A stretch of DNA of 63,983 nucleotides, the filler included, from Basidioascus undulatus (taxonomy: Eukaryota), in the NCBI GenBank assembly GCA_000826855.1. It is 3 parts of 3 records of this genome, joined end to end, with 100 filler letters (N's around TTAATTAATTAA, not from the genome) between each part and the next. Parts side by side here need not be neighbours in the genome. Positions count along the whole stretch, not along the records: positions 43,776 to 63,983 come from JTLS01000379.1; 2 more parts are not named here. One strand, written 5' to 3'. Both the position numbers and the translations under genes were made by a program. Of the stretch, positions 49,500 through 62,462 are shown one piece after another (within the stretch, counting starts at the first letter, position 1; every line of letters begins with the position of its first letter). The notes below the pieces were generated by a model, which saw only the letters and a list, made by a program, of their open reading frames with translations, was not told where the DNA came from and did no database searches.

Positions 49500-52400
49500 T
49501 CACAGAATGCCGTGAACACCAGCGACGCAGAGCCTAACTGCTTCCAGCCCTCCCAGCGCTACTGTCCGCGCCGCTATCGCGTCGGCATCGCGCGGAGAAA
49601 GCGACGATCCCGGAGCAAGCATGACCTCCCAGAGTCTGCTCAGCGTCTCCGTGTAAAGCCGTGCCGGTGACGACGCGGCGGGAACGTGCAGTGCATGCGC
49701 GGAGAACGGGGCGGGGTCGAGGTCGAGGTCGTGGCCCCACGAGGAGGGCGCCTCGCTCAGGTTGACCTCCGATTGACGGAGGCGTTCGAGGAGGCGAGTG
49801 ACAAGTCGGGGCAGAGCGAGTGGCGCAGCGGTATGCGCGTCCGACGTTCGCCGCAGAGCAAAGCGACGGAGGATGCAGCTGGCCAGATGAACAGCAGCGA
49901 GGTCGGCTGTGAAGACCACTGGGTCAGGATCGCAGTCAACAGATGCGGGACTGAGATCATGAGCGCACCTTGGACGCCCAGAGCGAGCCCGACGACCTCA
50001 AGCGCGTCTGTCCGCCACAGCCCGCGAGTGCTGCGGTCGAGGAGGTCCCAATCGGCGACGCAGACGATGTTGTAAACGACGCGCAGCCACGCCAGAGACA
50101 GATTTTCTGGCGCCTCGGCAGACTGCAGAGCGTGCTGCTGGGCGATCCACGTGAAAAGCGAGGTCTGCGAGACTAGCGAAGTGGCTGCTGAAGGGTTTAA
50201 GGTAATCGACGCGAGTACCTGGCAGTGAAAGACATGTCAGATACACGTTGCTGAGTACGTCTCCAGCTGCATTGTAAGCGCGCGTACCTCGAGGATCAGA
50301 CTACGTGTCGTCTTGTCATTCGGTGAGGCTTCGAACAAGCTCGCGAGCAGATCCCACGTGTGCCTGCGACGCGTGACTCGCCAGTCCTGCGCCCACCTGC
50401 ACGTCAGCTACTGTATAGACGGGACAATCCGAGCACGGCGTACCTCTCGGCCGCGCATACCATCCCGTAGCAGCTTGAGGATCCAGACGCGGTCCTTCCG
50501 GAAGTCGTCGCCGTTGCTGAACAGTAGGCTATACAGCATCGGGACGTCCGCGAGGTCCATAGTCGGACGTTGGAGGAGGAAGCGGCTCGCGAGGGGGAAG
50601 ATGTGCGTGGCGGGGTTGACGACGGCACGCATACTGTGCGCGATAAACAGCGTGGCGATGCGCGGTAGACGCGGCGGGTCGGTCTTTGTAGGATCGAAGG
50701 GCGCGATCGCGTTCCGGAGGTATTGCATGAGGTATAGAAGTTCCGGCTGCTCGACGAACGTCGTTGTCTAAACGAGGGAGCTCGCTTAGCGTTCTTCGTC
50801 GACTTCACGCAAAGGTACGTACCTCTAACCATTCGTACGCGACAGCAAGCAAGTGATAGGACGCCTTGCGGACGTCCGCCTGCCGTCCAGCGAGGCCGAC
50901 CACCGGGACGCAGAAGATGTTGGACCGGAACGCTTCAAGCAGCTCGAGCCCCGTCAGCTCATCGTCGCGCAGCAAGCTCGCGAGCAACGCGAGAAGGAAG
51001 CGCGGATCGTAGAGCTTCGCGATCGGTTCAGGCTGTGACTGAACTTTCTGGACGTCGAAGGAGAGTTGATGCGGGAATGACGTGCAGGTGTCGAAGACCG
51101 CGTGGGCGTCGAGGGCCGTGATCGCGTCAAGCGTGCGCCCGGTCGAGGACGTCGCGCCTTCGGGCGACCAAGCTCGAGCGACGGTCGCGAGCGAAACGCG
51201 CTTCTGCTGCTCGAACAGATGGAAAATCGCGAGAATGCACTGGTCGTCCTCGCTTAGACTCGCGCTGTACAGCGGGAGCAGAGCTTCGAGAGTCGGGATC
51301 TGACAGCATGTGGAGGCGTGGGCGACGAAGCAGGCGCGGACGAAGCGGACGACCGGCGCCCGGAAGGACAGAGGAGAGCTCGAGCGGGCGCGCGAGATGG
51401 TGCGGAAGTGTGGCGAGGCGATGACCGATTGTACGAGCGAAACGACGCGGTGGTCCTTCAAATAAACATCAGCAAGTGTAGCTCTCGCTGAGCAAACGAA
51501 GGCGGTACCTTCAGCTGCGTTCTGGAGAGTAGCACAGTGGCAAGCCCCATGAGCTTCCCGTCGTCCAGGCGGTGCTGTACCGCCGCCGTGAGCAAAGGTT
51601 CCACGTGGTGCGCCTTCGGGGGACGGGTGGCGTCTCGAACGACCGAAGCTAAAGGAACAATGTCAGTTGGGTCTTGCATGCCCACGGCGCATTTGATCGA
51701 GACGTACCGAGAAGGTCGATGGCGTCGTGCAAATCTTCCTCAAACTCGTCTTCCTCGACTACGCGCCGAACGAGCCACTTCAGCGTCGACTCGAAGAACT
51801 CCCCACTGAGCTCCGCGTAGTCCGCGGCGTTGCTCCGGAGGAGGTGATGGACGAGACGAGTCGAGGCGACGGAAAAGCCTGAGCGACCTTTGCTCGGCCA
51901 CACCTCTGCAAGCCGACGAGCGAAAGCTTGGCGCTGCTCGGACGTATCGAGAACGTCGAGCGCGAATTGTATGGGAAGCTCAGGGGTCTCGGGTGCAGGC
52001 GAGAGGACTGAGAGGCGAACGATGGTCGGTAGAAGATCCCGGACGATGTCGAGGTCGGCGACAGAGTCCGCCTTGCCAAGCTGCACGGCGACGCCTGCAA
52101 TCTCCGCAAAGGCGACGACGGAGCGGAGGACATCCTGGGGATGCTCGCGCACGCTGTCGACATTCTTTGCGAGCCATTTGCCGAACGCCGTACGGTACGC
52201 GGGCGAGCGAGCAATGAGCGCGGCGAGGAGCTCGTCGCGGACGGGGGTCGCGGGGAACCCGATCTTGGGCTTCGAGGAGCTCAAGTCGTCCGCCAAGCCG
52301 GCCCACTGCGCCTCGGCGAAGCCTGCCAGCTCGGAGATGGGTGTCGTGCTCAGTTGCGCGGGCGACAGGCGCGCGACCAGGCGGACGAGCAGCGCGTCGA

Positions 52401-55400
52401 GCGAGGGACTCGCGAGCGCCGCAGCGGATGCCAGGAGCGAAGAGAACGAGGCGCGGAGAGCGAGGCGGGTGTGCGGGAAGATGGAGGGACTGAGCGCTTG
52501 CGAGAGAAGCGGCTCGAGAAGACCGGTTGCCGTCGACCGGTCGAGCAAGACGTCCAGCGCGCCGGTGAGCTGGGAAGCCGCGAAGAAGGGGATCCACGGC
52601 TTGACGAGCGAGGCAGCCTATGGCGCGAGAACTTCTTGAGTGAGCCTTCCATCAAGGACAAGGAATAGACGTACGCTCTCGGTGTCTGTCGTCAGCAGCT
52701 CAGCAGCCTGCGCCGCGTAGCGTCCGCCAACTTCGCAGTCGAGCGCGCCCTGAGGATCCAAAGCGGCCTTAACGAGACCAGCCAGAGCTACATCAAGGAG
52801 TTATCATGAGTTATCAGCGACGATTCCGCATTTGAGTCATGAATTATGGCTTACCAGTCGAGACGATCGAATCGACCTCAGCATTGCCGAAGAGCTCGAA
52901 CAGGGCAGACGAGCTCATGGCGTTGTGCGCGACCTCCGGCTTGCCGCCCTTTCGAGCCGACTTGAGCACGACCGCGAGGAGCTGGACGTGCGAGGCAAGC
53001 ACGTCCGACGACGAGCCTGCGATGCGGTGGAGAAGCAGCTGGGCGGCGACGGCGTGGTTCGAGCACGCCATAGCACTACTCCGGAGGAGATCGAAGTGCG
53101 CAGGCGTCGTGAGCGCGGTCGGCGAGGCGTGAACAAGCGTGTCGCGGAAGTCCAGCGTTCGCCTGGGAAGAGGTGGAAGTCAATTCACAGCATGGAAGTA
53201 ACGGTAGGCGGGCAGGCAGGCGACACGTACTCGTCCGAGAGGAGCGGTTCCTCGGCGTCCAGCGCGGCGAACACGTTCTCGGTCTTCGGGTCGAGCTCGG
53301 CAAAGAGGATCTCCACCAGGTCGTCCTTGGCAGGCGACTTCTTGATGGCCGCGAGGAGATCGGCGACAGCGGTAGGTGCGAGAGGGCGGCTTGTCGCGCG
53401 GAGTGAGAGCGTGAGGGTCGCTGGCTGTTCGTTCGCTGGAAGCGAGACGAAGTCGACTGTATTTGCACGGCCGCAATGGATGTCAGAGGCAGGTGGGGTG
53501 ATGAATATTGCCTAGAATACCCACCAATGAACGGCGAGCCGGACTTGCGAGACGCCTTGCTCGACCCGCTGGGCGGCGCCTTCAGCGCCTTGACCGCTCT
53601 CGCCAGGATCTTTCCCTGCCTCTTGACCGTCTCGGCGACTCCCTCCGCCCCGTAGGCCTTCTCGAGCTTCTCCACCAAGTCATCTACGAACGCGAGGTCC
53701 TTCATCTTGCCCGCGAGCCCGAGGACGAGCCGCCTCGCGAAGGCCGCGAGCACGCGGGCGTCCTCGGGCCCCACGAGCGCCTTGGCGAGCTTGGCCGTGA
53801 GCTGCTCGACGACGGTCGCGATGAGCGGGCTGACCGCCGAGGCGGGGAGGTCCTCGAGGTAGCGGTACGGCGTCTTGAGGCAGCGCTGGACGCAGTCGTC
53901 GAGGAAGGAGAGGACCGGGTGGTGCTCGGCCGTTGCGGAGGGGGAGGGAAGCGCGGACAGCCAGATGTCGAGCTCGGCGGGGTCGTGCTCGAAGAGGACG
54001 GAAGTCGAGAGCAGGCGCGTGAGGAGCGAGGAAGTCGCGGTGCGGATGGGCGGTTGAGGAGTGGTGAGGTAGAGGGCGAGGATGGAGTAAAGGTAGCTGT
54101 GAAGGGAGGAGCCTGCGAGGGTTCCAATACTCAGTATACATATGGCGAGAAATAACGGCTGCATCTGCGTACCAGCACGCGCGGACCAGTTGAAGTCCCC
54201 GCTCTCCTCGAGCAGCCGCAGCGCGTGCAGCTGGCTGAGCGCCTCGAAGCCCTCGACGTCGGGCAGCCCCGCCGCGCCCTTGTCCTTCGCCGCAAACAGC
54301 AGCTTCCCCACGTCGAACTTGGTCTCCTGCGCCGCATCAGGCACGACGCGCTGATACAGCCAGAGGAGCCTGAGCGCGCTCTCAGTGAGGAGGTTCCCCG
54401 TCTCGCCTGCGTTCTTCTGCTGCGCGAACGCGATGACGACCTGAACGTCCGGCACGCGGCGGCGGATCTCGCGCTCGACCTCGCGCCGGCGCTTGCCCCA
54501 CTGGCCCGACTCGCCCTCCTCCTCGAGCGCGGTCTCCGCCGCGCGGAACGCCTCGACGACGCGGGAGAGCTTCGTCAGGCACTTGGCGAGCGCGAGGGCC
54601 GTGCAGTGCTGCACGAGCGGCGCGGAGGACTGCAGGCCTTTGCTCAGGTGCGCTTTGGAGAGCGCGGAGGGGAGCGTCGACTCGAGGATGGGGTGCAGCG
54701 GGGGTGGAGAGGAGCGGTAGAAGAAGGTCGTGGTCGCGGAGGGCGAGGTGAAGGAGGTATGGAAAGTGGACGTGGGCACGTGGAGGGAGATGACACGACC
54801 GAGGAAAGCGATGTTGGCGATCCAGCGCGAGGACAGACGAGGCTCGAGGGTGAGCTGGACGGAGGGCCAGTAGCTGCGAAAAACGAGCGTCAGCAAACTT
54901 CCTTCCACGCCATTGTATGGGGACTCAAACGTACCCGGGTACCAGCTCCGGGCAAGCCTCCAAGATCCGCAACGCGAGCTCGGCCATGCGCTCGTCTTCG
55001 CCGACGCGCAAGTTCCGCAGGACGTTCTGCAAGATCCGGTTGAAGACCTTGCCCCGTCGGGGCTTGCTGTCCTCCTCGTCCGTCGCTGCGGGACGAGGAT
55101 ACCACCCGTCGTCCCTGAAGCAGACCCCCTGGCCGGGTTTGGTGCAAAGCGCGAGGAGGAAGTGGTGCACCGTGTCGGCCGGGACGTGCGTCGGGTCGTC
55201 GTCCTCGTCGGATGTTCGCGCGTAGAGCTTCAAGAGCTGGAGAGGCAGAGATCTGGGTGAGCACCTTATCGGTGAGAGTGTTCAATATCGCAGGGCCAGC
55301 TTACCTGCTCGATCGGGCCCTCGCTCCACACAGCGATCTTTGCGCTCTTGCTAATCCGCCCGTCCATCCAGACTTCCCACCAGACCTCCAGGAACTGGCG

Positions 55401-56457
55401 GACGACGGGGTACGGGTCATCCGAAAGACCGCGGAACAACGCGACGAGCGAGTCCCGCTGGGCGAGGTGTGCCGCGATGAGTGGCGGGGGGCACAGCGTG
55501 GGGGAGAGGAAAGTGAGGTGTAGACGGAGGTAGAGAGTGCGGATGTCTGTAAAATGGCAGTCTCGTTCAGTCTCAGAGCCAGGGATCGCAGTGGTCGGAA
55601 AAGACACGCACCTGGGCGAGCGAACGGATCCTTAGCCGCATCGCGACCGCCTTTCCGGCGCATGTTGAGCAGCTTCGGCATGGACTGTCCGCCAAATCCC
55701 TCCAACATCAGCCCTGCTCTCCACGATCCCTCGGCGCGCAACAAACCCACCTTTGCGCCCCAGCCGATCCCCTCCCACACCTCGCGCATTTCTTTCGCCT
55801 TGCCCATCCGCCCCGCCGCGTCCGCCATCGCGCCCATGAGCTTGACCGCGACGAGGATGAGGTCCGTTCGGCCGCCGCCGATGTAGCCCTGCAGCGTGCG
55901 CAGCTGGGGAATGAGGTACTTGAGTAGCGTTGAGGCGAGGGGGTGGAGATGGGTGTGTTGAGCGGTGTGGGTGAGGATGAGGGAGAAGACGGAGGGCAGG
56001 AGAGGGAGGGCGGAGTGCAGGCGCGAGTCCTGTCCAAGTGGTTTAGTTAGCGAGCTGGACCGTCGCTTCATTGAAAGATTAAAGTTACGCACATGCTGAG
56101 CCCTGTCCCATATCTCGAAAAGCTCCTGGCCACCAGCGGAGCGCTCGAGGTACTCTCGAATGATGGTCAACCGGCCGTCGTTCACGCCCAGCTTCTCCTC
56201 CGCATGTCGAGGGGTGATCTGATTCCTGAACCGCGTCACAGCTGCCATGACCTCCTTGTGAGTCTCCCAATATCAAGGAATGGTAATCCGTCCCTGTCCA
56301 GAGACTGACCATCCTTGATTCCCTCCGGATCGCCCGACTGGCAGCGCTGATGCGCCGTCGCGAGTGCCGTCCTGAGCTCGTCCGCGGACGAGAACGGCTG
56401 CGTCGACGCCGTTACGGTCTTCTCCGTCCGCGCCTTCTTTGGTGCGCCCTGCGACAT
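49500..56457 (-). CDS. URB1: Nucleolar pre-ribosomal-associated protein 1 (Urb1/Npa1); multi-exon
   Basis: DIRTLYL, FRGLSDDP, VHHFLLALCTKPGQGVCFRDDGWYPR, LEPRLSSRWIANI, LYDPRFLL, FLLQRPTMDLADVPMLYSLLFS..DRVWILKLLRDG. The large helical protein fits Urb1. Confidence 0.88.
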
Positions 56458-57031
56458 GAGAAAGTGATGGTTATGGCCAACAGTCAACGCTCGTCGCCGC
56501 GTCTTGAAACTTGCTCACTGCCTGCGTCTTCTCTCGCACGTGAATTTCTTGGTCATCATTTCACACCAAGATCCAACAGCTGTCAGCTTGCTGCAAGATG
56601 GATTTGCCTAATACACAGGAATACAGATGAGTAATAGTAATAAACGGATGAAAATTGATATTCATAAAAAAGGACGAGCACAACTTCTTGTTGCTCCGAT
56701 GGCGGAGGATCGCAATGAACTTGGATGAATGGCAGCCGAACTGGTGGTCATGACAGGCAGCCGACTGAACTTTCCCCTCCTCCCGTCCACGAGCCCAAAA
56801 GCCGTAGGTACTACTTAATCACCTGCAAGAGCAGGCATTTTCTTTCTTTCAGATCCCCAACAAAGCTTTTCACAGCTCCTACCTCCACCTCACGTGACCT
56901 ATATCTGTCGTCCCCGTCGGGCCGCGATGCCCGCCCGACAGCGATGTCGCAATGACCAGCAAGAACACCGCGACCGCGACCGTCTTCTCTTTCTCCCATC
57001 TCTCATCTTCTCCCCCCTCACCAGTCCAACA

Positions 57032-58951
57032 ATATACGAGCTCCCCCCAATCCCCTACGGTCTATCCTCTAGCATATCAAGCATTCATTATGTCTTGCTC
57101 GGTGCTCGATGCTCGTCCGTACAGTGCGCCTGGGCAGATCCGGCCCCAAGGTCTCCCGTATCATCCTCGGTGGAATGAGTTACGGTTAGCAGTCGCTGGC
57201 AGGAATGGGTAATTGATCTACCCAATTTAGGATCCTCACGCTGCCGGATGCTGAGCACGTTGGTGGTGTGCAGGTGCTGGACGAGGAGGAGTCGCTGAAG
57301 CACCTCAAGTTCGCGTATGACCACGGCATCAACGTGCGTCCTTCCGTTTTTCATGTTCTCAAGTCCAGATGCTCAATTCAGCCTGTGCAACAGACCTGGG
57401 ACACGTACGCCCTCTCTAGCTTCCCAGCGTCCGCGCCTGCTCAACACCTCGAGCCGCGATTCGCAGTGCCAACGTTTACTCCGACGGCGGGTCTGACCGC
57501 ATCTTTGGCAAGGCCATCCGCCAGTTCAACATCCCCCGCGACCGTTTCATGATTGCAAGTCTTGACTTCCCGGACCCATGTAAGCGCTATCTGCTGACAC
57601 AGCCACGCGTGCAGCTTACGAAGGTCCACGGCGTGGTCAAGGACGAGGTCGGCGCAAAGGGTAAGAACCCTGATGAGAAGGGTTATGTAAACCGCCACGG
57701 TGCGTATCTTCCCAGAAAATTTGTTCTGTCGCCAGAGTGAGTGAAGGGGGTTATGGGTCCGCAGGCCTCTCGCAAGATCCGCAGCACTTGCTATGCCGAC
57801 AACCTCGATCGTAACTATTGTTGACACTGGGCCACGGAATTCTTCAGCACATCTTCGACTCAGTCAAGGCGTCCCTCGAGCGCCTTCAGCTCGACTACAT
57901 CGATGTGTTGCAGGTGCGCTATCCGACTGCCTCCACTACCTCAGGCCGATCGACTGATTCCTTCCACCTGCAGATCCATAGCTTCGACCATGAGACCCCC
58001 ATTGAAGGTATTTTGCCTACTTTTTATTTCGTTGTTCTGTCGGACAGCTGCTCGGAATCCTTCAGAGACCATGCAGGCTCTGCATGACGTCGTGCAGGCC
58101 GGCTATGTGCGCTACATCGGCGCGTCCAGTGTGTACGCCTACCAGTGTGCGTGGTTCAAGCTTGTCAGTATACAAGCTTCACATCCTGGAAGCTGACAAT
58201 TCGTGGTGCATGCAAAGTACGCGCGCTCGCACACCCGTTGGCATGTGTGAAAGCTAACAGCCTTTGCAATTTCAGACTACGCGATCAGCAACCGCCTGAC
58301 GCCGTTCATCTCAATTCAAAACTTCTACCATGTCTGTCCCCTTTTTCTCTTCCCGCTTATGCCCGGAATCTGACTGCGAAGTTGCCCACTCACAGGTCGC
58401 CTAGTTCGTACCATCTTGTTCTCTGCCGCTCGATGTTCCGAACTAACTGTCCTTTGGGGCGCGACAGCCGCGAGGAGGAGCGCGAGATGCTCCCCACCGC
58501 GCGTCTTTTCGGCGCGGGCGTGATCCCCTGGTCCTCGCTCGTGCGCGGCTTCCTCGCCCGCCCGTACGGCACCGAGACGGTGCGGACGAAGTCGGACCGG
58601 CTGTACAAGCAGCGTCCGGGCGGCGAGCCTGCGCCTTCCGTGCTCGAGATCAAAAAGCGGTGGGTCCCTTCGCACCTCCCCCTACCTCTTCCACCCTTCA
58701 CAACCTCCCCCATGCTGAATGAGAGCATCTCTAGCGTCGAGGAGCTAGCCGAGAAGCGGGGCATGAGCATGGCGCAGGTCGCGCTGGCGTGGAACCTCAG
58801 CAAGCCGGACGTGACGGCGCCGATTGTTGGGTCGACTAAGATCGACAACCTCAAGGACCTCATCAAGGGCGTGCACTTGAAGCTCAGCGAGGAGGAGATC
58901 AAGTACCTTGAAGAGCCGTATGTGCCGCTGAAGGTGACGGGTCACATTTGA
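57032..58951 (+). pseudogene. Aldo-keto reductase (aryl-alcohol dehydrogenase-like), apparently inactivated
   Basis: YVRLGRSG.KVSRIILG, WDTANVYSDG, SLERLQLDYIDVLQ, GYVRYIGASS and QVALAW are present. ATA stands at the expected start. The GLSRK exon lacks 2 nt and its donor reads AT. An acceptor near 58205 appears deleted. Confidence 0.7.
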
Positions 58952-59511
58952 GATGGCCCGCCCGTGGCGCAATGCCCGCCCAATGTATACCTTATTGACC
59001 GGCCTGTGTAGAGTAAAGGGGCGCGGTCAATCCCCAATTCATAATCGTCGCGCCGGGGCTTCACCAGTGCCGTTCATCCTACAACTGGCTGTTAATAAGC
59101 ATTGCTGTCACTTGAATGAGAAGAGAAATAAACAATTTATTGATGTTTCAACAAGCCGCAACGATATGCACAGGTGGACTGCTCTCAGTTGCTCCTCCCT
59201 GCCACCTTTCCTTCATGGTTTGCTGTGCCGCTGTTCGAAGTACTATTCAGACCCAAGAAAATGCTGCATACAGCCGAAGCTCTTGGATAACTCCACAAAG
59301 ATATTAATTGCACCCAGGAACAAATCGTCTGCCTATGGCAACAGGTCGTTCTTCCGCATGAGCATCGAGAGCTTTCACGTCGGGCTGTCCCAGCGCCGCT
59401 CGCACACCAGAGCAACCAAATTAGGGTATCAATGCAGCCCGATGAGTCAATACATGCTATGCAAACGCCGATAAGGGAGGGAAAAAGTCGAACAGCCAAC
59501 CGAACAACCGC

Positions 59512-60865
59512 TCAATTGCAGCCGCAGGCTGGAATCACTGTTGTCAGCCCGGACTGCGAAAGGGGGGTTGACACAGAAAAGCACGCACAGAGGATGTTGC
59601 CGGTGACACCGTTGAGGAGGCCAAAGACGATGCCACCAGCCCGGTAAAGGACGGAGGTGACAGCGACGCCGACGACGGAGAGAACCTGCCCGACGAGGCC
59701 GAGCACAGAGGAGACAACACCCCCCACAATGTTCAGGACCAAAGAGAGCTTGGCGTCTGGTATGGGAGTTTTTCGTGAGCGGAGGCTTCAGCGTGCACAT
59801 GGGTTCAGTGCGCACCAATGCCGGCGAGGAGAGCGGCAGCACCGGGGACAACCTAGCACATTCCAACGAGTCAGTATGAGAACATCTAGCGGCAGCGAAT
59901 TGGGCACAGCTGCAACGCACCTCGAGCTTCTCAACGGTACCCGAGACCTTGGCGACGACCGCACCAACGAGCTGGGCAAGCTGTTGGCAGAACCCTGTGA
60001 GCTAATGACTGTTGTACCAGCAGCGCTGTTGTACTTACTTCGACCTGCTGGTCAGCCGTGATGGTGGCGGGAGAAGCTGCCTTGGGAAGGGCCTGGATCT
60101 TGCCAACGACGCCGCCGAGGAGGCCGAAGAGCTTGTCGACGTCTGTGAACTCCGAGGAACGTGAGATGAGGTCCTGATCCAGAAGAGAAGTACACAGGGC
60201 GTACGGTCGGTGACGTCGAACAAAGAGACACCCTGAACGCCGACCTTGGCCTCAACCTCGACCTGCAAGCGGAAACAAAACCGTCAGTTACGAGCTACTG
60301 TGCGGTGCAAGATGTTTCTGTATCGTACCTGGAGGCCGTCAAGCTCAACCTCGAGCTCGACGAAGACCTTCTTGAGTAGATCGATCTCGACCTCAATTTC
60401 GATCTCTTTCAGGCCCGAAAGGACCTCGGCCGGGAGAGCGACGGGGAAACCCTGAGGAAGGGGAAGGGCAGCCAGCGACTGGCCAGCGACCGCGGGCTAT
60501 GTCGCCTGTCAGCTCAAGACTTCATAGCCCCTGGTACAATGAGTGAGTAGCTGACCTTGTCGTGGCGCTTGTGGAGGCCGTTAGTCACCGAGCCGAGAAG
60601 GCCGTTCTTGGAAGGACCGCCAACGGTCGCGCCTGCGCCTGCGCCCGCACCAGCCGACACCGACTCGAAGGTTTGGCTAGTGGTGCTCACGCCGGTGAGA
60701 CCGAAACCGGCGCTAGCGCCAGCTCCTCCGCCGACAGAGAACACGGGAGCCGCCGCGGCAGCTTGCGACACGATCATGGACTGTGAGCTGCAGTCGAAAA
60801 TTCCTACGAGTGAAATGCAACTCACAGGCAGCGATGGCAGCGAGGACGAAAGACTTGGCGAACAT
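59512..60865 (-). CDS. Secreted Gly/Val/Leu-rich hydrophobic protein, SC15-like, with a possible Kex2 site
   Basis: Signal peptide MFAKSFVLAAIAA, GLHKR|HDK, and a C-terminal amphipathic region IDAKLSLVLNIVGGVVSSVLGLVGQVL. The frame stays open across the predicted GT-AG introns. Confidence 0.65.
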
Positions 60866-61028
60866 TGTGATAAGGTATGGGATTATAGAGGCGGATTAGT
60901 ACCGAAAATGAGTGTGAGTTGTAATAAACGAGTGTGGGTGCCGGGTGGGCGTGACTAGAGTGAGTAAGTGGCGGTGAGAGTGGGAGAGAGAGATGTTTGA
61001 TGGGGCTCAAGTTCAGAGGCGCCTCCTC

Positions 61029-61036
61029 CTTTTATA
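61029..61036 (-). promoter_or_regulatory. TATA box (TATAAAAG) about 165 bp upstream of the secreted protein gene
   Basis: cttttata on the + strand. Confidence 0.55.
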
Positions 61037-62462
61037 CGTTCAATGCAGCACATACGCGGACGAGCAGCGACCGGGTTCCGTTACGGCACAGGTCCGTGTA
61101 CCCCTGGCGTGAGCGTTAGATCGCAAAGTAGCCTGTAGAACAGTCGCTGCCGAAAGGGGTACAGCTATCCACGTGCTATTTGTGATACAATCAGAGAAAC
61201 CATTAGATGTAAGCAACAAAAGGTGATGGAAGTGGTTGGTTCGCAATGTCTCGTCAAGCGCTTACACCGGAAGTGCTTCTTGGCCAGCGTCCGAGCTCAG
61301 GCTTATGACTCGGGCCACCACCCTCAGTTTTGACCCCTGCGGCTGCCGATGCGGACCACCCTTCCCCCCCCAAAAAAAAGCACTACGACTTTTCCAATGC
61401 TTATCATCCGGCAAGAGTGAACGTGTTCTGGGATCATGCCTTTTTCACCTTAAGCGAAAGGGCCAAAGCCGCCTTGGGCTCCTCGCTCCGAGCGGCCGAC
61501 CCAGCAGAATCATATTGTTACCCAAGCGCGATGCCTCTCCTTCCGACTCATGTAGGCTAGCTGGGCAATATCTGAATGAACTACTCAGGTTGAACTCAAA
61601 TGCCCCGGCCTCCTCTTGTAGTACTTTCGGCTTGAGCAGTGGGTGCCCATGTGTTCGCCGGCTGCGTCCACGGACAACTGGGAGGGAGAGGAGCTGCCCA
61701 TGGTTGCCCCGAGAGCCGCAAGCCACACAGACTGAGGAAGCAATAGCTCGAACCCCTGGTCTTCTCATAGACCCGTTAATGAGAAATGTACTGGGCAGAT
61801 GAAGCTGTGACAGTATCAGATCTTGGGCAACTGCGCGAGCGGGCGCCGTTGAATCGATTCTTGCGGGAGGACACCTCCAATGCTGCAGTGAGCTGAGCTG
61901 ATGCTAACTTTGCATAACATGCAAGTCTTGGATGTTGGCACAAAATCAAGTCAGATTAAGGTAGTTGGGAGAGGGATCTTCCCTCATCTTCGCTTATAAG
62001 CCAACATCCGTAGCCAAAGATTTCAACGCGTCAAGGCCTAGCGAAGGCGAAGGTCAAGCTTGGAAAATGTGACACGGGGTAATTGAGCATACATTGCAAG
62101 AATTTAACCCTTAATCGTTTGTTCTGTACGTGCAAGGGCGACCACTGGGATCTGGTTCAATTTTCGAGAGTAGGTCTGCGCTGCGATGGAAACTTCGCAC
62201 CATTGCTTTCCAATTCCGCCTGTGAAACAAAACCTGGATCCAAAGAGGGGTTAGAGGTGTATCAACATGATATGGTTGTGGTCCTACTGATGCAGAGGCG
62301 AGCGAGACATGTAGAGCAGAGCGGAAGAACAGGCGGAGGCACGGCCTAACTGTCTTTCCCAACGTTATAGATACAGCTTACCTCAGACCGCCACACACTT
62401 TCAATATCTCCGACTTGACCTCCTTGGACTTGGGCATTCATACCAACAGTAATCTACTTCAC

